Assembly (NCBI RefSeq): GCF_009914755.1
Contig: NC_060928.1
Length of the DNA: 64,000 bases
Strand: one strand, 5' to 3'
Source: the human T2T-CHM13v2.0 reference genome, Homo sapiens
Positions 25,531 through 37,925 of the stretch are shown piece by piece (the first letter of the stretch is position 1; every line of letters begins with the position of its first letter). The position numbers were made by a program, and so were the translations under genes. The notes beneath the pieces are model-generated. The model made no database searches. It was not told where the DNA came from and was given only the letters and a program-made list of their open reading frames with translations.

Positions 25531-26297
25531 CTGACATACATAATCTAAATGAGAGGCAACTTGTCCAACTTATGAAGGACTCCATTTCGTGAAAGTTTGA
25601 AACTACATCTTGAGGTGTGTACCAATTCACAGCAGCAGATGTCTGTATACGACTGATATCTCCCTAACAAGGAGTGTATAGACAAAGGGCCAGGCAGCCT
25701 CTGGATAATAATATTATTTTGTCTTTATTGAGCATTTATCTCTGAGGAACTAAAGTGATTTACAGGAATTATCTCATTAGTTCATACAATATTCTTATGA
25801 AGCAGGTAGATGACAGCTGATGTTGTCTTTGTTTTTTAATAGAATTCTCTAGGTACAGCCTGGGAACTTTGATTAGATAAGTGAGCTGGATCCATAATAT
25901 CCTAATCAAAGGGAAACTGTCTTTCCAACTTTGAAAACATAACATTCAAAACACATTTTTGTAAGTATTGAAGTTTTCAGTGTATATTCCAGCTAAAGGA
26001 GCAAGCCATATCTAAAGGTGTTATTGATAAGACACATTCTTAAGAACTCAGAAGTGTATAGATTCTCTATGAAATCCAACAAATATATTTGAAAAATGTG
26101 CTATATGAGAAATAAAATTAGAGCATGGTATTTTCTGTAGAGAGGTTTTGTCATCTTGGTAAGGTAAAATTTATGAACATAAAAAAGTCCTTACTAAGGA
26201 CTTCTTATAGGATATCTATAATTACATATGTGTGATATCCTTAATCACACACATATATGTATATAGACACGTCTATGTATATCTGCGTATATCCCTA

Positions 26298-26593
26298 TAT
26301 TCAACAAGGAAGTTCTGGTCTAACAATAGAATACAATAAATGATAATAAATGATAGAATACAATACAATAGAGTATAATATAATAAATGATAGAATACAA
26401 TAAAATTTAATTAAAATTTTCATCTACATTAATTTTAAATTAAGATAAACTAAGTCTTCAAATTGTTGGATATGTCTTTGAAGATGTATGTTTTAAATTC
26501 TATTGGTCTAGATTTAATAACACCTTCTCACCATCAAGCTCTTAAATTTATTTCCTGATCCTATGACCTATCTTCACCAATTCCAATATCCTT
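26298..26593 (-). repeat. Right arm of inverted duplication
   Basis: Pairs with 25147-25530; carries an internal (tagaatacaat/aataaatga) expansion at ~26325-26400. Confidence 0.9.
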
Positions 26594-27392
26594 GATCAGA
26601 CACATGTAACTATATAGATATCCATCCGTATCTATGTATATCTCTATCTCTGCTTCAATATCTATCTATCTATCATCTAAAATGAAATGCCAAAATAAAT
26701 ATAATATGGCATACACAAACTTGTTCTCTCTTAGAAATGGATAGAACACTATCAGCAGATAATTGTAATGAAAGATTGATTATAAACATAGCTGCCTATT
26801 GCACTTTAAATAAAATGCAGATGTCTTGCTGTGGCCTTTAAGGCTCTATGTGGACTGCCTTGATTATCTATTCAACCTCATCAAATAGAGAACTATTTCT
26901 TATTTGGCCTGTCCCCAAACATCTAACTCCTCTGCCTGCATTCTCAGTTTCAGCTGATGACCTTGGATTCTATTTCACTAAGAAAATAGAAACACTCAGT
27001 AGAGCATTTCCACAAGCTGTTTTGACCATATTTACAGACTTAACCTCATCTGTTTTCATAGACCCTGGCTCTCTGCCTCCCTATGGATGAACTGTCTGTA
27101 ATTTATCTCAGTTGCTTTCCCCCAAATCACTGTGTACTATATCCTGTCCCCTCTAGCCCACTCAAGGCTATGCTGCAGGAACATTCCTTTCTTCTGATTT
27201 ATCATTTTCCTTCTCTAGTAAATCAGTAGGCAAACATGATCTTACTTCTTCCATTGAAGAAAAGATATTCTTTTTTGTTGTTATGCTCTTTACTCTTTAC
27301 AGGTTCTCAATATTTATACACCTTTTTGCTGAGTGCAGGGAAAATAAACATAATTTGTTGAGTCAAGATATAATTTATAATTAATTAATTAA

Positions 27393-28577
27393 TTTTTAAA
27401 CTTTTATTTTAGGCTCAGTGGTACATGTGCGGGTTTGTTACATAGGTAAACTTGTGCCATGGGGGTTTGTTATATAGATTATTTCATCACTCAGGTATTA
27501 AGCCCATTACCCAATAGTTGTATTTTCTGCTCCTCTCCTTCCTCCTACCCTCTGCTCTCAGGTAGACCACAGTGTATGTTGTTTCCTTCTTTGTGTTCAT
27601 GAGTTTTCATCATTTAGCTCCCACTTATAAGTAAGAACATGTGGTATTTGGTTTTCCTTTCCTGCATTTGTTTGTTAAGGATAATGTCCTCTAGCTCCAT
27701 CCATATTCTCTCAAAAGACATGATCTTGTTTTTTTTATGCCTGCACTGTATTCCATGGTGTATATGTACCATATTTTCTTTATCTAATCTGTCATTGATG
27801 GGCATTCAGGTTGATTCCTTGCCTTTGCTATTGTGAATAGTGGTGCAATGAACATGTATCTTTATGGTAGAATGATTTATGGGATTGCTGGGTCGAATGA
27901 TGGTTCTGCTTTTAGCTCTTTGAGAAATTGCCACACTGTTTTCCACAATAGTTGAACTAATTTACACTCCCAACAATGTATAGGTGTTCCCTTTTCTCTG
28001 CAAACTCACCAGCATCCATTAATTTTTTACTTTTTCATAATAGCCATTCTGACTGGTGTGAGATGGTATCTCCAGGCAGTTTTGATTTGCATTTCTTTAA
28101 GGATGAGTGATGTTGAGCTTTTTTTCATATGCTTGTTGGTTGCATGTATGTCTTCTTTTGAAAAGTGTCTGTTCATGTCCTTTGCCCACCTTTTAATGGG
28201 GTTGTTTTTCTCTTGTAAATTTGTTTAAGTTGCTTATAGATGCTGGCTATTAGACCTTTGTCTGATGCATAGTTTGCAAATATATTCTCCCATGCTGTAA
28301 GTTGTCTGTTTACTCTTTTGATAGTTTCTTTCGATGTGTAGAAGCTCTTTAGTTTAATTAGATGCCACTAGTCAATTTTTTGCTTTTGTTACGATTGCTT
28401 TTGGTGTCTTTGTCATGAAATCTTTGCCTGTTCATATGTCCAGGATGGTGTTGCTTAGGTTGTCTTCCAGGGTTTTTATACCTTGGGGTTTTACATTTAA
28501 GTCTCTAATCCATCTTGAGTTGGTTTTTGTAACAGTGTAAAGAAGAGGTCCAGCTTCAATAAATTGTGCTGGGATAA
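27393..28577 (-). mobile_element. L1PA (PA13-like) 3' fragment with short 5' inversion
   Basis: aacttttattttaggctcagtggtacatgtgcgggtttgttacataggtaaact...; ORF2 3' end; 23-nt opposite-strand L1 piece at 28555-28577. Confidence 0.92.
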
Positions 28578-28586
28578 GAAAGTATT

Positions 28587-29080
28587 CTTTATTCTAGAGA
28601 CATTCTAATTACCCTTTTTAGCTATTTTGAAATATACAATAGATTATTATAAACTATAGTCACCCTACTGATTTATCATACACAAGGTCTTAGGTCTTCT
28701 ATCATATTGTATGTTTGTACTCATTAATCAATCTCTTTTCATCCCCTCTGCCCCACTGTTGTTCCTGGCCTCTGGTACCCACCAATCTACTCTCTGTCTT
28801 AATGAAATCTACCTACATGTAAGTGACAATATGTGATATTAATCTTTGTGTCCTTTGCTTATTTCACTTAACATAATGACTTGCAGTTCCATCAATGTTG
28901 CTGCAAATGACAGATTTTTATTATTTTTTATAGCATAAAGAAAATACAAATATTTAAGGTGATGATATCCCAGTCACACTGATTTGATCCTTACGAATTA
29001 CATGAACATATTAAATTACTGCATGTACCTTAAGATATGAATTTCTATTATACATCAATACAAAATTAAATCTAAAAAAA
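28587..29080 (+). mobile_element. L1MA 3' end with 5' inversion (twin priming)
   Basis: Antisense piece ~28587-28930 and sense piece 28931-29080 with poly-A; TSD aagaaagtatt at 28576 and 29079. Confidence 0.8.
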
Positions 29081-29089
29081 GAAAGTATT

Positions 29090-29420
29090 TTTAATGTTAC
29101 TGACTCATTTCTCTTTTTGTTTCTATAATGAAAATCTTCCAGAGAGTTGATTGTACCATCAGTTTCTAACTGTTTTCTACTCTCCAATTCTCCCTTTAGG
29201 CTTCTCTGTGCAAATTCAGGTTTTAAGGTTAGCAGTGACTCACACATTACTAAATCCAGTGACCAGTCCTCAGTCCTCTTCTTTGTTGACCTATCAACAA
29301 CATTAGACTAGGTTGATAATTCCTTACTCCTTAAGACATTTTATTCACTGGCTTTCTTCCCCTGATTTTCCTCCTATAGTTGTTTGGTTTGGTCTTCCTT
29401 GCAGTTTTCTCTTGATTGTT
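29090..29420 (+). mobile_element. L2 fragment (continues 26900-27255)
   Basis: ctaaatccagtgaccagtcctcagtcctc...ttgacctatcaacaacattagac...tccttactccttaagaca, typical of the L2 RT region. Confidence 0.7.
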
Positions 29421-30253
29421 CAGTTCATTTCATATTAGTGTGGTGGGATCGGTGATTCATTTTTCATTACATTAAAACATAATGAAACTATTCACTGTTT
29501 CTAGCCTATTAACAAACCAAACTTGGTTTGCTTTGATATTGTGGTTACAGGTTTGTTTTAGTGTAAATAGCTTACAATGTGAACTATTGGAAAAGATCAA
29601 AGAGGACTGAGTCAAAACAGGAAAGCAGATGACCTAACGGAATTGAATATACTCATCCATCATCATAGAGTTAGACTCACTGGTTACTTCTGGCTTTTTT
29701 CTTCAACACAATTCAGCTTAAAATGGACAGAGAGGGAAGGGCCCCCCTCCCGCCCCACTTAGATGCTACACCAGCTGACAGAGGAATTTCTAGAGCAATT
29801 TAAAAATACGAGTGCTCTAGTAATTCCAAAACACTGTCCTCAAACATCTGTACAGGTGAACTCTGGTCACAGGTGTGTAGGGAGACCTGAGTGATTGGGA
29901 GTCATCACTTGGGCGGTGGTAAGTTTGCACCTCTCTAATTTCACTGTTGGGAGTAGCTGCAGAAGCTCTACAGAGAGGCTAAATTTGGGTGAGTGCAATC
30001 TCAAAGGAAAACAAAATAATGAAAACATCCTAGAGTTTGAGAGAGGGATCAGAACTCTAAATACTGATTTAGGGCTACCAGCTTATAAAAGTAAGCACTG
30101 GAGTTTGAAGTGAAGATGAGCTCACCCAAGGCAAAGACCACACAGTTTTCAGCATACTTAAGGAATACAGGGAAGAATAAGAGGGAATAGGCAAGTACTC
30201 AATATGGCAAGTGTTTGGAGAGCTTTTGCATATCATGATCAAAACTATAAAGC

Positions 30254-30390
30254 TGCTGGTTGTGGTGGTGTGCACCTGTGCACCTGTGGTCCCAGCTGCT
30301 TGGGAGGCTGACGTAGGAGAAGAGTTTGTATGCAGCCTGGCAACATAGAGAGAACCAATCTCTAAAAACAAACAGACAAAATACACAAAA
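30254..30390 (+). mobile_element. FLAM-type Alu monomer
   Basis: gtggtggtgtgcacctgtggtcccagctgcttgggaggctga...cagcctggcaacatag with A-rich tail. Confidence 0.8.
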
Positions 30391-30952
30391 AACCATATTT
30401 CCAACCAAAGCAAACACAACCTCTGCCTTACACTTGAATAGCTTATTTTATTTTATTAATCTTTTTCTTTACAGTCAGGGAAAACTCTGCCTCAAACCTG
30501 AAGAATTGGACTTTGAATTTATGTTCCTTCAGGGGTCCTTAGGAATAGTTCTTAAACTTTACAAGGCCACAAACTCATTGAAAATTTAATGAAACCTATG
30601 GATCCTTCCCCAGAAAAACAAAAATGAGTGTAAAGAAACAGACATACCTCTGAAAAAGGAAATTAGAGGCCTCTTGGGTGCTGGTAATAGTCACAGAGAA
30701 AGAGATGGCTGGTAATTTCTTGTGTTCGGTTCGAGATGTTTTTCTGCTGCTTTCTTATTATATTCACTTGAGATTTTGTTGTTATGATAAAACAGTACTG
30801 AACTCCTAGTTAGGGTTGCTAAGTTTTATTTTCCAATTTTATCACTGCCTTTTGTAATTGTGTCACATACATGCTTTCTCTTAATTAAACATAACGCTAT
30901 TTATGCTACCTATGTTCTATTTTGGAGAGAATAGAACATGTTGAGTTGGAGC

Positions 30953-31008
30953 AACATACCTACAAACTGGTAAAATGAACAACATACCTACAAACCGGTA
31001 AAATGAAC
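30953..31008. repeat. 28-bp tandem duplication
   Basis: aacatacctacaaac(t/c)ggtaaaatgaac twice. Confidence 0.9.
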
Positions 31009-32320
31009 TTGACAGTAGAATTGAACCAAGCTGCCTTTCCTAGATAATTTAAATTAGAGGGAGTAAATTGCTCTTAAAGCTTCAGACAGAGTTTACATGT
31101 AAGTAAAGAACATTTTTTATTTAACAAAGTACCTTTTATAAGGTTTAATAAAGATTTTAAAGTAGCAAATTTGCTTTACATCTCCTTTTACATATAAGAC
31201 TAAGAGACAAACACAATTCAGCCTGTTTTTAGGTAAGATATGCAACGATGTATAAAGTAAGTACAGAAAGAGGAATTCTGTTTTAGATGGCAGTAGCAAA
31301 GGGGGAAAAAGCAGAGGGAAATATGAGGTCAAGGGTAATGGCAAGATTCAGGTAAGCGTAGGTAAATTGAAAATTTGATCTGAACATCTAACATTGATTG
31401 ACAGTGTTTTAGACACAGGAGCCAGACATCATTTACTGCAGACTCAATAGAAGTCAAAGATTAACTTCCTTGATAAAAAGAGCCACAAATATTGCAGCAA
31501 TTAAATCTATTAAAATATTACAAGTTAGCCAAGTTTAAGATAGATATTGGTTATAAGGGTAATATAAAGAATCACAAAGACAAATTAGCATGATCTAAAA
31601 TGTTGTCACTCTGACTCCAGGTCTTAATACAGGATGTTGGCCACCTGAGTGACAAATTTGATATAGCAAAAGTAGAAAGATACCTGTAAACAAATGAGTT
31701 CAAAGGATAAAATTATCTTTCTAGAAACTGAAGGCATAGATGGTGCTATTTTCTATAACTCTGTAAAATTTTTCCATTTTTGTATCTTGTGTTCTCTCTT
31801 TGTGTATATGCGTATATAAACACATATATAGTAGTAAATTCTATAGTCGCTTGAGTTATTCCTATATTTTTTCTTGAACATTTTCATACCAATATCAGTA
31901 GTTGCATACAATTTATATGCTGTTTAAAAAGCAGACATAGTAGCTACACAAATTAAAATGAGCTTATACCTAGTCTTTGAAGGAAATGATACATGTCTCC
32001 TTTACTTTAAATATCCGATAAGTTTATCTACCATCATTTACTCATATACACATCTTAAGGTTGTGGTAGCAGAAAATCATGTTAGCTCAACATGGTCAAC
32101 AAAAATAGAGATGATGTAGGAATAACAGTAAAAGACTCTGTGGGAAAATTATCTGTGACAGTGTAATCATCCATTAAGACATGGGCCCGGAGTATAGCAC
32201 AGATGGGCAGATAGAATATGCTCCCTTTGGGGAGATTCAATAGCTGTGTGAATAATCAATCCAGGATTATTAGTCCTGGCTTCATATTTCATATAAAATC
32301 TTGGATAAAAATTGCCTATA

Positions 32321-32620
<300 letters not shown>

Positions 32621-33036
32621 TATATCTGTAATTGTAAATAAATGTAATTAAATAATAAAACACAGGCTAAAAATAAAAAATAACGCATTTATTGTACAGA
32701 ACTTTCTAATGAGCATTTAAACTGAAAACTGTTTTATAAGAAAGCACAGAAAAATTACTCATACATTTACAGACTGTTTTCTATTTATTAATATCTTTGT
32801 TCCACTTTAAAGCTATTTTCCGGAAAGAAAGTATTCATTATTCAATTAAATTTTTACAGTTCAAATGTTTATATGCATTTTGACATTCTTATACTGTAAC
32901 CAAGTAACAATTAATTTGATTAATGTTTAAAAATGTTTAAGGAAAATTAATTTAGTATGTATTGAAACTAATTTTATTTTAAATAAGCATGGACATGTCC
33001 CATAAACTTCCAGATACACATGTCCTAAAGATATAG

Positions 33037-33370
<334 letters not shown>

Positions 33371-33399
33371 CGCATCTGTGCCAATTTTAGAAAATAATA

Positions 33400-34280
33400 T
33401 ACATGTATTTACTTACTAGGTATCTTCACCTGTATGTCTCCCACATACCTGAGACTAAGTTCTTAGCCAATGTCATTATTTCTTCCCTAAATCTATAATT
33501 ATACCTGTTTATTTGACTTTGTTAGTGGCACAGGTATGTATCCTTCCAGAGAACAATGCATCATCTTCAGTTACTCCAACTTACAGCAAATTACTCAGAC
33601 TTTACCCTTGTCCGTCACTCAGATAATAATTTCAGTCATCTACCAAGTGTTTCCCTAGTCTATGATTTCCTCTTCCTTCAATCCAGTATCTATACTTTTA
33701 TGACAATTCACTTTGTAAAATGCAACTTTGACCTATTAGTACCTTAATTTCAGCCTCTCGATGACCTCTTCCTGTCCACAGAATAGAATCGGGCTCTTTA
33801 ATAGAGCACGAGAGTCCCTTCATGATGTGACACCTGCTTTTGCTTCCAGGTGCATTCCTTTTACTCTGCTTCACACTTTGCATCGTAACAGCATTACAAG
33901 ATGCTCATTTCTCTGTCATCACACCAATAACATACACTTACAGTTTTCTCTTTGGAATGCTGCCTCTCCTTGACTGGCTATTAAACTAAGGCACAGTATT
34001 TCAAATCCAAGTTGAATGATAAAAATAAAATAGAACAACTATGAATGTATCCCTCCTATGATGCTTTCTTTTCCCCTGAACAGGCCATTTTGACCCCAAG
34101 ATTGAATTATTTACCTCTTCCTTGCTATTTTGTTAGTTCATGCATATTATTAATGCTTCTCCAGTTTCACTTGGTATATTTTAATTATTATTTATATGTC
34201 TAGTTTTTTAAAAGAAGGTAAGCTTCTCTGTGGAAGGTAATGTGTCTTCCATTCTTGTAACTTGCATTCAGTTTCAACGT
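33400..34280 (+). mobile_element. L2 fragments
   Basis: cactttgtaaaatgcaactttgacc..., cagttttctcttggaatgc and gtaagcttctctgtggaagg, typical of the L2 3' region. Confidence 0.55.
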
Positions 34281-35645
34281 GATTGTAAAGCCTACTTACA
34301 GTCACTGACTTCCAGGCTTGTCTCATCCAGCCTTCCATTTAATGGGATCCACTTTGAGGCCATTTGAAATGACACGTTTGAGTGGTAAGACAATCTTTTT
34401 AATCATGTAAAACCTAATATAAAGCATAATTATAAATAAAATTAGAAATACTCACATATGCTTCAGTGTCTTATTGAGAATATGTTATTGACATTGGATG
34501 ACCATATGTGCAATTTCAGTAGCTGGAGGAAGCATACACCAGCTGGTCTGTGTCATTGTGCTTATTGGGAATATTACTTTTATAGTGGTAAGTACTATAA
34601 ATTTGACTTTATTAATTTTTTATTAGATTGCTATTCATAAAATTTGTCTGTATACCAGATGGTACAAATTGATCTCAATGTACCCACTGGTATAATGTAT
34701 AGCTCTGTAAAAAACAGCACGAGTTTTGCTGCTAATCTCTCTTAATGAAACTAGAATGATGTCTGTCACATATTTTTCTTTCTAAAAATTCTATTAAATC
34801 TAACCCTTTCACCGATGGTGGATCAGTTACCTTGATCATCCTTCATGCTTACTATGACTTTGAAATAATCTGAAACTCTGGCTTTAATCAACTGTAGCAA
34901 TTTGGATTGATTATGAAGCAGAGATGAATTCAGTCATCTATTTAGTGTATTAGATATTAAAATGTGAATGTTATGCCAGTTTTGGGACTGCAAGCATATC
35001 ATGAAATACATGGATATAATATCCAAAGGAGTAGTCAGTATTGATGAGGTATTTTATGGCTTCAACCTGTAGCCTTCTCAATGTAATCAGAGTAGGAACT
35101 TTTCTACACTTGAATTCATTGCATACCCACTTGTATTCTGGTTGACATTGGTTACCATGATTACAAAGAGCAACTCATCCACAGTATACATTTGTTTGTG
35201 AGTGTATCATGTACTGCTTAGGTTTTCACCAAAAAATGTGACTTAACTTTTCTTCATATTCTCTGCCTTCAGTAAAACATATCTTGTATCCTTTTATGAT
35301 AAATATTCACAAACCAATACATGTTGTATTTTTTGTACTCAGTTGTGGTGCTCCAATGTTTATGTGAAAGCTGTTAATTCAACAATTCTTCAAAGAGCTG
35401 GGTCAGTCCCTTTGGCTCAGTTCTACTCTCTCACATAGGCATTCTAGTTTGTCAATGCTCCTTTTAAAAATTTGGCCCAAAGTTCAAAACACAATATTCT
35501 GTTGCAGAGTCAGAGGACTGACCATTGCTTTGTTGTTGTTGTTGGACATGCATTTATATATCAATGCCTTCTAAAATCACATGAACCTTTATGGCAACTA
35601 TGTGACACATATGACTTGCTGAGCTAAGAAGGAACAAAATGTTTA

Positions 35646-35945
<300 letters not shown>

Positions 35946-36030
35946 TTATTTATTTTTTGGTATGTCCTACCATTCATGCACATTTCTCTCATACTACAAT
36001 TTTTCTTTTGGTGTAATGTAAGATTTAGAA

Positions 36031-36941
36031 TGTAAGCCAAAAATAAAATTCTAAAGCTTCCAACCATCTAAATAGACTTCCTCCTCAGCCAGGGCTCTGT
36101 TAAAATTTAATCTGAAAGGACCGGGAGCGGTGGCTCACGCCTGTAATCCCAGCACTTTGGGAAGCCGAGAGGGGCGGATCACGAGGTCAGGAGATAGAGA
36201 CCATCCTGGCTAACACGGTAAAACCCCGTCTCTAGAAAATACAAAAAAATAGCCGGGGCATGGTGGCGGATGCCTGTAGTCCCAGTACTCGGGAGGCTGA
36301 GGCAGGAGAATGGGGTCAACCCGGGAGGCGGAGCTTGCAATGAGCCGAGATCGCGCCACTGCACTCCAGCCTGGGCGTCGGAGTGAGACTCCGTTTCGAC
36401 AACAACAACAAATTAACCTGAAAGACTGGTTCAGGCCATGACGGGAAGTGGGGGTCAGACATGCCTCATCATACCTATCTGGCATTAACATCAACACAGA
36501 CTTTAAGTCTGAAATGAAACATTTTACAACCTGTTCTCTCTGAAGCCTGTTACTTGGAGGCTTCATCTGCATGACAAAACTTTGATCTCCAGGACATCTT
36601 CTTGCAACCGAGACATTCCTTTCTATTGATCCCAGGTCTTTGGATAAACTCAACCAATTGTTAACCAGAAAATTTTTAAATCTACCTATAAGCTGGAAGC
36701 TCCCCCATCAAGTTGTCCTGCCTTTCTGGACCAAACCAATGTATTTCTTAAGTGTATTTGATCAAAGTCTCATGCCTCTCTAAATTGTATAAAACCAAGT
36801 TGCACCCTGACTACCTTGACTACCTTGGGCCACATGTTCTCAGGATGCCCTGAGTGCTGCGTCATGGGCCATGGTCACTCATATTTGGTTCAGAATAAAT
36901 CTCTTCAAATACTTTACAGAGTTTGACTGTTTTCATTGAGA
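36031..36941 (+). mobile_element. MER4-family solo LTR interrupted by AluY
   Basis: tgtaagccaaaaataaaattctaa start; ttcaggccatgacgggaagtggggg; cagaataaatctcttcaaat...tttgac end. Confidence 0.88.
36119..36410 (+). mobile_element. AluY (diverged)
   Basis: ggatcacgaggtcaggagat, ggctaacacgg and ggagcttgca diagnostics; TSD aaatt(t)aa(t/c)ctgaaag. Confidence 0.93.
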
Positions 36942-37579
36942 AAAATTATTATTTGTTTTCTTTTGTTAGACTAGGTTCATATTTCACCCATCTAAATCTA
37001 TTTGTTTATTAAAGTGTAAAAATTGAGGAGAGGAATGGTGAGGTAGGCCAACTCTTTGTTAAGGCAGTAGATGATATAGGTTAAATCTCCCATTGAAACT
37101 GAAGCTTTTTCTCTTGCTCATAAGATTTTTATCTGACGAGAGATAGAGAAAAATCATGGCTTTACCCTTTGGTCCTGTCTGGTTTGGAGGACATCCCCTG
37201 AGCCCAACTTGGCTTTTACACTACTCGTGGTAGGTTTTTTCCTCTCGGGCTTAAGCTATAATGACATGTTTAATTTTTTTAAATGCAGTTCAAAAGGGAG
37301 TATGCTTGTGCTCCTCCTCTTGGTGTCTGCCTTAAAGGAGCTTTTCCTCTGAAGCTGGGCAGTGATCTCACTCAACCTGGCATCAGAGCACGGTGGGCTT
37401 CTTTCCTCAGTCTTTTTGCCAATGTCCCAGCCTCACTTTTGGGCAGATAAAAGGATGAATAAATTTAAATGGTAAATGTGATCGGTCTAGGCCTGATACT
37501 TCTGAGCTCGCTTTTACATTTAAATATGGCTGTGTTCTTAGAAATTCAGAATCCAAGAGGCTTTTAAAAATCCTCTTCT

Positions 37580-37925
<346 letters not shown>

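Noticed and set aside
26184-26204. Small hairpin aagtcctta-c-taaggactt
   Set aside because: A 9-bp stem is expected by chance in 64 kb of AT-rich DNA.
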